A DNA stretch of 64,000 bases from Actinomycetota bacterium (GTDB lineage: Bacteria; Actinomycetota; Actinomycetes; Actinomycetales; Dermatophilaceae), in contig JBDTWH010000166.1 in NCBI GenBank assembly GCA_040006795.1, positions 27,780 to 91,779 on the forward strand, given 5' to 3'. The notes beneath the pieces are model-generated. The model worked only from the letters and a program-made list of their open reading frames with translations, made no database searches and was not told where the DNA came from. The position numbers were made by a program, and so were the translations under genes. Within the stretch, counting starts at the first letter, position 1; the number at the start of each line of letters is the position of its first letter. Below, piece after piece: positions 53,840-62,269 of the stretch.

Positions 53840-55531
53840 TCAGACGAGGTCGCCCATGAGCGGGTCGGCAAGGGCGAGTACCGCCTCACGCGCGTCCTGC
53901 GGCGAACGGGCAGCGCGTGCGGCTGCTGCCATGGCCGTGCACGTGCGCAGGTCATGTATCCGCAGTGCCGCCCGAACGGCGGGCACCCGGGTGGGAGCCA
54001 TCGACAGACTGCTGACCCCCAGCCCGGTGAGGACCAGCGCGAGCAGTGGGTCGGCAGCGGCTTCGCCACAGACGCCAATGTGCTTTCCGGTATCGCGGCC
54101 GCCATCGCAGGTTGCGGCGATGAGGTCCAGCACGGCAGGCTGCCATGGGTCCAGCAGGGTGGCCAGCTCGCCCTGGGTCCGGTCGGCGGCCAGCGTGTAC
54201 TGGGCGAGGTCGTTGGTGCCGATGCTGGCGAAGTTGACCTCGGCGAGGATGTGACGCGAACGCAGGGCCGCGGCGGGGACCTCGATCATCACCCCGACCA
54301 CTGGTAGACCATGCTCAAGCACCCGTCGGGCAAACCACGCGGCCTCCTCGGCCGTGGCCACCATCGGTGCCATCACGCGTACGTCAGCGCCGGTGGAGCC
54401 GGCAGCCGTGCCCAGTGCGGTGAGCTGGGTGTTCAGCAGCTCTGGTCGCTCAGCCGAGAGCCGCAGACCGCGTCTGCCCAGCGCCGGGTTGTCCTCCGGA
54501 CCGAGGTCGGCGAACGCCAGGGGCTTGTCGGCTCCGGCATCGAGGGTCCGCACGACCACGCGCCGTGATCCGAAGGCCTCGAACACCCGGGTATAGACAG
54601 CGACCTGCTCTTCCAGCGACGGCGCAGTCTGGCGATCGAGGAAGAGGAACTCGGTCCGGAACAGGCCCACGCCTTCGACGTCGAGCGGGCCTGCGCGCTC
54701 TGCATCCTCGGCAGTGCCGATGTTGGCCAGCAGGGCGACCGGGTGGCCGTCGCTGGTCGCGCCAGGACCGGAGGCGGCCCCCAGGGCGTTGGCCCTGCGC
54801 TCGCTTCGCCGGACCAGGTCGGCCTGGGTGGCGGGATCCGGGTCGACGAACACCTCACCGGTGGAACCGTCGACGGCGAGCAGAGTGCCCACAGCGATGG
54901 CGACCGCACGGGGTAGCTGCACGACCGCGGGAATGCCCATCTGCGCCGCCAGTATCGCGGTATGGCTGGTGGGGCCTCCCGACTCGGTGACGATGGCCAG
55001 CACCATGTCCCGTTGCAGACTGGCAGTCTCCGCCGGGGCAAGGTCCTGGGCCACGATGACGCACGGTTCGGTGAGCCGCGGGACAACCGGGTCCTGCACC
55101 CCGAGCAGCCTGGCCACGGCGCGATCCCGCACATCGCGCAGATCCGTCACGCGTTCGGCGAGGTAGCCCCCGGCGGCGCTGAACATGTCGCAGTACTCCT
55201 CGACCGCCGCATCCACTGCCGTGGCGGGGCCGCTTCCACCGCTCAGGTGCTTGTCCGCCACGGTAGCCAGACCGGGGTCACGCGCCATCATCGCGGTGGC
55301 GGCCAGGATCTGCTGCGCCGTTGGGTCGGCGCTGCCGGCGAGGTCATCCAGAGTCCCGGCAACCGACTCGAGGACGCTGCGGATCAGCTGGCCGGCAGCG
55401 ACGGGATCCGTCGTTGCAGGCTCATGCTCGGGTGGCCGGACGGGTGGTCGGACCTGCACCACCGGTCCGACGGCGATGCCGGGGGAGACCCCGATCCCGT
55501 GACGAGTCTCGATCGCCGACATCGAGCTCAC
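53840..55531 (-). CDS. ptsI: Phosphoenolpyruvate-protein phosphotransferase (PTS Enzyme I)
   Basis: 563 aa. Active-site His context GGPTSHTAILA, and the C-terminal PEP-utilising domain IGTNDLAQYT. Confidence 0.92.
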   Translation of the reverse strand: MSSMSAIETRHGIGVSPGIAVGPVVQVRPPVRPPEHEPATTDPVAAGQLIRSVLESVAGTLDDLAGSADPTAQQILAATAMMARDPGLATVADKHLSGGSGPATAVDAAVEEYCDMFSAAGGYLAERVTDLRDVRDRAVARLLGVQDPVVPRLTEPCVIVAQDLAPAETASLQRDMVLAIVTESGGPTSHTAILAAQMGIPAVVQLPRAVAIAVGTLLAVDGSTGEVFVDPDPATQADLVRRSERRANALGAASGPGATSDGHPVALLANIGTAEDAERAGPLDVEGVGLFRTEFLFLDRQTAPSLEEQVAVYTRVFEAFGSRRVVVRTLDAGADKPLAFADLGPEDNPALGRRGLRLSAERPELLNTQLTALGTAAGSTGADVRVMAPMVATAEEAAWFARRVLEHGLPVVGVMIEVPAAALRSRHILAEVNFASIGTNDLAQYTLAADRTQGELATLLDPWQPAVLDLIAATCDGGRDTGKHIGVCGEAAADPLLALVLTGLGVSSLSMAPTRVPAVRAALRIHDLRTCTAMAAAARAARSPQDAREAVLALADPLMGDLV

Positions 55532-55806
55532 TCCTGCGCGTCGAGGTCGCGAGAGAGCAGGGCGACCAGCTCGTCCAGGGCTGCCTCCGCACCGTCACCA
55601 TCTGCTGTCAGCAGAACCTCCTCGCCGTGCTTGGCACCCAGGGCCATGACACCGAGGATGCTGCGGGCATCCACCGGTTCCTCGCCCGCCTTGCTGATCT
55701 GGATGGGAAGTCCCGTCGCGGTCGCCGCCTGGACGAACATCGCGGCGGGTCGGGCATGCAGGCCCACCGCTGAGGCGATGGTGACGGTGCGCTCTGACTG
55801 TGACAT
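55528..55806 (-). CDS. ptsH: Phosphocarrier protein HPr
   Basis: This is the C-terminal 92 aa of the listed ORF 55528..57036, starting at the ATG at 55806 with a GAAGGA RBS. MSQSERTVTIASAVGLHARPAA carries the His-15 motif. ATGA overlap with ptsI. Confidence 0.9.
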   Translation of the reverse strand: MSQSERTVTIASAVGLHARPAAMFVQAATATGLPIQISKAGEEPVDARSILGVMALGAKHGEEVLLTADGDGAEAALDELVALLSRDLDAQE

Positions 55807-55886
55807 GAGGATTCCTTCGTCGTGAGTCGGCCTAGCAGGTTTGACGGGTTGTCTGGCAGAGGCCAGGGTCAGTTGCCCGAGCCTAG

Positions 55887-57449
55887 TCAGGACACGACCA
55901 GCTCGGCGAGTCCACCGGCGTCGAGCTCGGTCTTGACCGGACCGGGGCCGGAGGCCTTCAGCGCGATAACCGCCGCTGCGGTGATCACCGTGCCGATCGC
56001 AATGGCCAGCACGTAGAGCAGGGGGTTGCCGATCAGTGGCGTCACCCAGATGCCACCATGCGGTGCCCGAAGGGTGCTCCCGAAGAGCATCACCAGGCCA
56101 CCGGTGATACCGGATCCGAGCATGCACGAGGGGATGACTCGCAGCGGGTCGGCAGCGGCGAACGGGATGGCGCCTTCGGTGATGAAGGAGGCGCCCAGCA
56201 GCCAGGCGGCCTGCCCGTTCTCCCGTTCGGCCTCGCTGAACAGCCGCCGTCGGATGGTCGTTGCCAGGGCCAGGCCCAACGGTGGCGTCATGCCGGCTGC
56301 CATCACCGCGGCCATGATCTGGAGGTTTGTGCCTGTGGTCGCAACAGCAGCCGCGGCCAGACCGGTCGTGGCAAACGTGTACGCGACCTTGTTGACGGGT
56401 CCACCCATGTCGAAGGCCATCATCAGGCCGAGAATGACGCCCAGCAGGATGAGGTTCGAACCGGTAAGGCCGTTGAGCCACGAGGCCAGACCATCGGACA
56501 GCGCCTTGAGCGGCCGGCCAAGGACCACAATGATGAGAGCGCCGGTGATGAAGACCGACGTCAGCGGGATGACGACGACCGGCATGACGCCGCGGATACC
56601 CTTGGGAACTTTCCAGCGGCTGATCCACAGGGCGACGAAACCGCCGACGAAGCCCGTGACGATGCCGCCGAGGAAGCCGGCCCCGATCGTCGCGGCGATG
56701 AAGCCGCCGACGATGCCCGGGGCCAGGCCGGGGCGGTCCGCGATCGCAAAGGCGATGAACCCCGACAGGATCGGCACCAGGAAGCTGAAGGAGGCCGCTC
56801 CGACGAGGAACAGGAGTGCCGCCCAGTGCATCCCGTCGGCAGGGTTGAAGTCGGTGACGATGTTGACGATGTGCGTGGGATTCGGATCGGGCGGCCCGGT
56901 CAGAGAGTACAGCTTGGTGACGACGATCGCGCCGTCCTTGCCGCCAGCAAGCTGAGCCACCATGAAGCCGAGCGCGATGAGGATGCCGCCGGCTGCGACG
57001 AACGGGATCATGTAGCTCACGCCGGTCATCAGCCACTGGCGGATGCGATTTCCCACAGAGGCCTGCTGGTCGACTTTCGTGGTGAGGCCGCCAGAGGCTG
57101 GTGCGGGCGAACCGGCATGTGCCGCAGCGGGATTCGCTGCGCGCTCCTCCGCGGCGGCGACGGCCTGCGCGATGAGTCCGGGACCATCCGAGATGGCCTT
57201 CTTGACGTCCGCCTCGACGAGTGGCTTGCCGGCGAACCGGGCTCGCTCCCGGACCGGGACGCCCACGGCGAAGATCACGGCGTCGGCGGCGGCGATGGTC
57301 TCGGGGCTCAGGGGATCGAAGCCGGCGGACCCCTGGGTCTCGACCTCAATCGTGTGGCCGGCTGCCCGGGCGGCCTGTTCGAGTCCCTCGGCTGCCATGT
57401 ACGTGTGGGCGATGCCGGTGGGGCAGGATGTCACGCCGACGAACTTCAT
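55887..57449 (-). CDS. fruA: PTS fructose-family transporter subunit IIBC
   Basis: 520 aa. IIB Cys motif VTSCPTGIAHTYMAAE, followed by about 10 TM segments of the IIC(Fru) type. Confidence 0.9.
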   Translation of the reverse strand: MKFVGVTSCPTGIAHTYMAAEGLEQAARAAGHTIEVETQGSAGFDPLSPETIAAADAVIFAVGVPVRERARFAGKPLVEADVKKAISDGPGLIAQAVAAAEERAANPAAAHAGSPAPASGGLTTKVDQQASVGNRIRQWLMTGVSYMIPFVAAGGILIALGFMVAQLAGGKDGAIVVTKLYSLTGPPDPNPTHIVNIVTDFNPADGMHWAALLFLVGAASFSFLVPILSGFIAFAIADRPGLAPGIVGGFIAATIGAGFLGGIVTGFVGGFVALWISRWKVPKGIRGVMPVVVIPLTSVFITGALIIVVLGRPLKALSDGLASWLNGLTGSNLILLGVILGLMMAFDMGGPVNKVAYTFATTGLAAAAVATTGTNLQIMAAVMAAGMTPPLGLALATTIRRRLFSEAERENGQAAWLLGASFITEGAIPFAAADPLRVIPSCMLGSGITGGLVMLFGSTLRAPHGGIWVTPLIGNPLLYVLAIAIGTVITAAAVIALKASGPGPVKTELDAGGLAELVVS

Positions 57450-57895
57450 GGGTTCACAACCTCTCGGGTCACGACGTCGACCACGGTGGTCGCGTCAGGT
57501 GCGTTCATCAGGGACTCACGGAACTCGGCCCGCATGAGGCGGCGGGCCAGCGCGGCGAGGATCTTGAGGTGGTCATCGCCGCCGCCTTCGGGGGCTGCGA
57601 TCAGGAAGATGAGCGTGGCGGGGCCATCCTCGGCGCCCCAGTCGATACCTTTTGGCGCACGGCCGAAGGCCAGCGTCGGTTCGGTGACATGGGCGCTGCG
57701 CGCGTGGGGTATGCCGATGCCGCCCGGGAGCCCGGTGGGCATCTGCTCCTCGCGCTTGCGGACGTCGTCGAGGAAGCCGTCCAGGTCGGTGACCCTTCCC
57801 TCGTCGGCCAGGGCCTGGGCGAGGACGCGGGTGGCCGCGTGGCGGTCGGGTGAGTCGAGGTTCAGGACCACGAGGTTCTCGGTAATGAGTGACAT
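57446..57895 (-). CDS. PTS fructose/mannitol-family subunit IIA
   Basis: 149 aa. GIGIPHARS active-site His motif. ATGA overlap with IIBC. Confidence 0.88.
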   Translation of the reverse strand: MSLITENLVVLNLDSPDRHAATRVLAQALADEGRVTDLDGFLDDVRKREEQMPTGLPGGIGIPHARSAHVTEPTLAFGRAPKGIDWGAEDGPATLIFLIAAPEGGGDDHLKILAALARRLMRAEFRESLMNAPDATTVVDVVTREVVNP

Positions 57896-57920
57896 GGGAT
57901 TCCTTATGGGTGAGGGGAGG

Positions 57921-58871
57921 TCAGTTCTTCAGGTCGAGCGCCAGATCGGGTTCAGTCGTGAGTGAGACAGGTATTCCGGCCACATCGGCAGGGGTCGGCA
58001 TGCGGCTGCCCGGGAGGCTGACCGCGGCAGCACCCCAGGTGACCCCGGTGCAGAGTGCCTCCACTGCGGTGGACCCGCTGCCCGTCGCAAAGAGATACCC
58101 CGCAAGAAGGGCGTCACCAGCACCGACGGTCGACAGCGGCGATGAGACGGGTGCTACCGCGTGGGCGACCACTGAGGGCGATACCAGCAGGGCTCCGTGG
58201 CCGCCAAGGCTGACCACCACCGTGCCCACGTCATGGGCGACGAGGTCGCTGCCTGCGTGGAGTACGTCGCCCAGAGTGTTCAGCGACCGGCCGACGAGCT
58301 CCTCGAGCTCCTCGAGGTTGGGCTTGATCAGGTCTGGTCCAGCCGCGACCGCGAGTCGCAGCGGCGGCCCCGACGCATCGATCGCGACATTCACGCCGGC
58401 GACCCGGGCGCGACGCACCAGGCCGGCATACAGGTCGTCATCGACTCCTGGCGGGAGGCTGCCTGAAGCCACGAGCCAGCTGGGCCGCTCCGCCATGGTG
58501 TCGGCTGCGCCGGCAAGGAGGGCCTCGAGCTCGGAGCTGGTCAGCAGCGGGCCTGGCTCATTGATCTTGGTGGTGGTCCCGTCGGGCTCCACGAGGGCGA
58601 CGTTGGCGCGGGTCGAGCCGCCGATCGGAACGATGGCGATCGGGATGCCCGCCTCCTCGAGGAGCTCGGCCAGCAGATGTCCCTGTGGGCCGCCCGCGGG
58701 CAGGACGGCCAGCGTGCGCGCCTTGTGGGCGGTCAGCGCCCGGGAGATGTTCACGCCTTTGCCACCCGGATCGATCCGGCTACTGGTGGCGCGGTGCACC
58801 TCGCCGCGCTGAAGGTCTGTGATGGACACCGTGCGGTCGACGCTCGGGTTCGGGGTCAGGGTGACGATCAT
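57921..58871 (-). CDS. fruK: 1-phosphofructokinase (PfkB family)
   Basis: ORF 57921..59165 trimmed to MIVTLTPNPSVDRT. GGKGVN and TVGAGDALLAG motifs. ATGA overlap with fruR. Confidence 0.9.
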   Translation of the reverse strand: MIVTLTPNPSVDRTVSITDLQRGEVHRATSSRIDPGGKGVNISRALTAHKARTLAVLPAGGPQGHLLAELLEEAGIPIAIVPIGGSTRANVALVEPDGTTTKINEPGPLLTSSELEALLAGAADTMAERPSWLVASGSLPPGVDDDLYAGLVRRARVAGVNVAIDASGPPLRLAVAAGPDLIKPNLEELEELVGRSLNTLGDVLHAGSDLVAHDVGTVVVSLGGHGALLVSPSVVAHAVAPVSSPLSTVGAGDALLAGYLFATGSGSTAVEALCTGVTWGAAAVSLPGSRMPTPADVAGIPVSLTTEPDLALDLKN

Positions 58872-59629
58872 GCGAGCACCACCTCGGGCCCGAGTGCCTC
58901 GATCTCCGCGGCGGTCTCTGGGTCCAGCCCGTCGTCGGTGATGATCGCTGCGATGTCGGACAGGTCGGCAAAGCGCGAGAAGTGGTCGACGCCGATCTTC
59001 GTGTGATCCGCCAGCACGACGCTGCGGCGAGCGGCGGTGATCATGGCGCGCTTGGCTGCGGCCTCGGACTGGTCCGGGGTGGTCAGGCCACGCTCTGGTG
59101 ACAGGCCGTTGGTGCCGATGAAGGCGACATCGACGAATACGTCTTGGAGGGCGTGCGTGAGCCACGTGCCCACGGCGGCCAGGGTTCGGCCTCGTACGCG
59201 GCCACCGAGCAGGTAGAGGGAGAGGTTCGGATGCTGGGCGACCACCGTGGCGACCGTCAGGGAGTTGGTGACGATCGTCAGCTCGTGGTCGCGGGGGAGC
59301 AGCTCAGCCAGCCTCATGGTGGTGGTGCCGGCATCGATGAGGACGGTGCCCTCTTCGGGCAGGTGTGATGTGGCGGCCTTGGCGATGCGCTCCTTCTCGG
59401 CGACGAAGCGCTCGGCGCGGGTCTCGATGCCGGGCTCGAAGCCCAGGCGTTCAACCGGAATTGCGCCGCCGTGGACCCGGCGCAGGACGCCGTACCGCTC
59501 GAGGATCGTCAGATCCCGGCGAACCGTCTCCGGGGTGACATCGAGCGCTTCGGCAAGAGCGTTGACCTCGACCCTTCCCGCGGCACGGGCACCGTCCAGG
59601 ATGTGCTGCTGACGTTCCTCTGCATACAT
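58868..59629 (-). CDS. fruR: DeoR-family transcriptional repressor of the fructose operon
   Basis: 253 aa. N-terminal HTH RQQHILDGARAAGRVEVNALAEALDVTPETVRRDLTILE and a C-terminal sugar-phosphate-binding domain. Confidence 0.88.
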   Translation of the reverse strand: MYAEERQQHILDGARAAGRVEVNALAEALDVTPETVRRDLTILERYGVLRRVHGGAIPVERLGFEPGIETRAERFVAEKERIAKAATSHLPEEGTVLIDAGTTTMRLAELLPRDHELTIVTNSLTVATVVAQHPNLSLYLLGGRVRGRTLAAVGTWLTHALQDVFVDVAFIGTNGLSPERGLTTPDQSEAAAKRAMITAARRSVVLADHTKIGVDHFSRFADLSDIAAIITDDGLDPETAAEIEALGPEVVLA

Positions 59630-59662
59630 CTGGTCTCCCGCGTGAGATCGGTTATTGAGATA

Positions 59663-59691
59663 TTTATAGTCCTCGCGGGCGACGATGTAAA
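59663..59691 (-). promoter_or_regulatory. Near-consensus sigma-70-type promoter for the fru-pts operon, inside an AT-rich island
   Basis: The minus strand reads TTTACA-N17-TATAAA. The -10 ends about 33 nt before the fruR ATG. The surrounding 59650-59725 is conspicuously AT-rich for this genome. Confidence 0.5.
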
Positions 59692-59748
59692 GAGATTCAG
59701 AGAAAAAACAACAGAAACAGATGTCCGGATGAGTCCGACCCTGACCGT

Positions 59749-60366
59749 TCAGTCGAGTGTATGGCGTCCGAAGCGGCCATAGTGCGCCACCTGGTCGAGT
59801 CCGCGGAGGCCACGACTGAGGCTCGCACTGCGCGGATGCGGCATCGGATAGCCCATCGAGACGACGCCGACCAGGTTGCGGTCATGAGGGATGTCGAAGG
59901 CCTCGAGCACGTCTTGATGCGCCTCGGGAGGTGTGCCGAAGAAGCAGGCGCCCAAACCCTGGTCGACGGCGGTCAGCAAGATCAGCAGTGCGGCCATCCC
60001 CGTGTCGATGTCCCAGTAGGGAACCGGCCAGCGTGCCTCGTCCATGTCCTCCCAGCCCTTGTCCGGCTCGGCGTAGCGGCGCAGGTAGGTGCCGGGATCG
60101 GACAGGCAGATGATCAGCGCGGGGGCGCTCCTGATACCCGTGAGCCACTCGTCCGGCTCATCGTCGGGGTCTGTGGTGGCCGACCAGTAGACCTCTCGTT
60201 CCTCAGGCCTGGTGAGCACGACGAAGTCCCACCCCTGGCTGAACCCTGCGCTCGGGGCCCGGATCGCATTGCGCAGTGCGGTGTTGAGGACCTCATCCGG
60301 CACCGGACGGTCGGGGTCATAGCGCCGAACCATGTGGCGCCGGCGAATGACGTCTGAGAACTCCAC
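59749..60366 (-). CDS. Nitroreductase family protein
   Basis: 205 aa. RRRHMVRRYDPDRPVP, APSAGFSQGW, and GACFFG near the C-terminus. Confidence 0.82.
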   Translation of the reverse strand: MEFSDVIRRRHMVRRYDPDRPVPDEVLNTALRNAIRAPSAGFSQGWDFVVLTRPEEREVYWSATTDPDDEPDEWLTGIRSAPALIICLSDPGTYLRRYAEPDKGWEDMDEARWPVPYWDIDTGMAALLILLTAVDQGLGACFFGTPPEAHQDVLEAFDIPHDRNLVGVVSMGYPMPHPRSASLSRGLRGLDQVAHYGRFGRHTLD

Positions 60367-60416
60367 GGCATCACTGTTTCATGAGCAGGCGGTCAGGCAG
60401 GGGCAGTGCACAGAGG

Positions 60417-62186
60417 TCAGTCCTTGAGCCCGGGGAAGTCGGACTCCCAGAACTCCAGACTGCTCGCCCTGCCTGAGGCGCTGTCGCCGGCCCCGGCTCC
60501 GTGCACCTCTTGCTCCCGGCCCCGCAGCTCGACCCGGCGAATCTTGCCCGAGATGGTCTTGGGCAGCTCCGCGAACTCGATACGACGAACCCGTTTGTAG
60601 GCAGCCAGGTTCGTGCGTGCATAGGCCAGGATCGACTCGGCGGTCTCCGCGGTCGGTGTGTAGCCAGGCGCCAGAACGACATAGGCCTTCGGCACGGAAA
60701 GGCGGGTCGGGTCAGGCGAGGGGACTACCGCGGCTTCGGCGACGCCGGGGTGTTCGATCAGCACCGACTCCAGCTCGAACGGGCTGATCCGGTAGTCCGA
60801 GGCCTTGAACACGTCATCGGCCCGTCCCACGTAGGTGATGTAGCCGAGCGCATCGCGGGAGGCCACGTCCCCGGTGTGATAGGCGCCGTCGCGCATCGAC
60901 TCGGCAGTCTTCTCCGGGTCCCCGTGGTAGCCGGCCATCAGCCCCACCGGGCGGCCCCCGGTCCCGGTCAGGCGCAGGCAGAGCTCGCCCTCGGCGCCGT
61001 CACCGGTCCGTTCCTCGCCGGTTGCCGCGTCCAGCAGGATCACGTCATACCCGGGCAGGATTCGTCCCATCGAGCCGGGCACGACCTCCTGGCCGGGACT
61101 GTTGCCGACCTGCGCGGTGGTCTCGGTCTGGCCGAACCCATCCCTGATCACGATCCCCAGCCCATCCTGGACCTGCTGGATCACCTCGGGGTTGAGCGGT
61201 TCCCCGGCCCCGACCATCTCGCGAAGGACCAGTCGGTCACGCAAAGGTGCCAGGTCCTGCTGGATCAACATGCGGTAGACGGTCGGCGGGGCGCAGAACG
61301 TGGTGACCGACTCCTGCACCATGGTCTCCAGCAGGGCCGCGGCGTCGAAGCGTGGCTGGTTCACGACCAGGATCGTGGCCTCGGCATTCCAGGGAGCAAA
61401 GAACGACGACCAGGCGTGCTTGGCCCACCCCGGCGAGGAGATGTTGAGGTGGACGTCCCCGGGCTGCAGGCCAATCCAGTACATCGTGGACAGATGCCCG
61501 ACCGGATAAGACAGATGCGTGTGCTTTACCAGCTTGGGCTGGGCGGTGGTGCCAGAGGTGAAGTAGAGCAGCAGGGCATCGTCGCCTCCAGCCGCCTCCG
61601 AGGGTACGAACGGGCTTGCCGGCGAGTGCGTGGCTGCGGAATGTGACTCGCTGTACATCGTCCAGCCCGGGACGGCGTCGCCGATGGCGATGCGCGTGTA
61701 GCTCCCGTCCACGTCGTCGAACTTGCCCGCGTCGCCCGACGCGGCGACGACATGGCCGACCCCACCACGCGTGATCCGGTCGTCCAGGTCGGCAGAGGTC
61801 AGCAACGTCGTCGCCGGGATCACCACGACGCCGAGCTTGATGCAGGCGAGCAGGGTTTCCCACAGCTCCACCTGGTTTCCCAGCATGAGCAGAAGCCGGT
61901 CACCCTTGACCGCCCCGATGGATGAGAGCCAGGACGCCACCTGCGAGGAACGGGCGGACATCTCCGCATACGTCACCGAATGGCCGGTCCCGTCGGCCTC
62001 GACGATCTTGAGAGCGGCGCGCGGTCCGGTCACGGCGTCTGCTGCCACCTGGTCGAACCAGTCCAGGGCCCAGTTGAAGTCTGCGGACCGTGGGGGGTCG
62101 TAGCCGGCCACCGCACGGGCGTAGTCCGTCCGCGTCGAAAGCAGGAAGTCACGGGCACTACGGAACCTCGTGTATGCGTCAGCCAT
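60417..62186 (-). CDS. AMP-forming acyl-CoA synthetase (medium-chain / acetoacetyl-CoA-synthetase-like)
   Basis: 589 aa. YFTSGTTAQPKLV (A3), GYHGDPEKT, YHTGD, and the A10 motif ELPKTISGKIRR with the catalytic/acetylatable Lys. Confidence 0.9.
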   Translation of the reverse strand: MADAYTRFRSARDFLLSTRTDYARAVAGYDPPRSADFNWALDWFDQVAADAVTGPRAALKIVEADGTGHSVTYAEMSARSSQVASWLSSIGAVKGDRLLLMLGNQVELWETLLACIKLGVVVIPATTLLTSADLDDRITRGGVGHVVAASGDAGKFDDVDGSYTRIAIGDAVPGWTMYSESHSAATHSPASPFVPSEAAGGDDALLLYFTSGTTAQPKLVKHTHLSYPVGHLSTMYWIGLQPGDVHLNISSPGWAKHAWSSFFAPWNAEATILVVNQPRFDAAALLETMVQESVTTFCAPPTVYRMLIQQDLAPLRDRLVLREMVGAGEPLNPEVIQQVQDGLGIVIRDGFGQTETTAQVGNSPGQEVVPGSMGRILPGYDVILLDAATGEERTGDGAEGELCLRLTGTGGRPVGLMAGYHGDPEKTAESMRDGAYHTGDVASRDALGYITYVGRADDVFKASDYRISPFELESVLIEHPGVAEAAVVPSPDPTRLSVPKAYVVLAPGYTPTAETAESILAYARTNLAAYKRVRRIEFAELPKTISGKIRRVELRGREQEVHGAGAGDSASGRASSLEFWESDFPGLKD

Positions 62187-62269
62187 GGCATGACCTTAGT
62201 CACATATCGTGAACTCTGCTGTTCGGCACCGTTTGGGCCGGAACCGCCCGGATCTGACATTCTGAAGAC

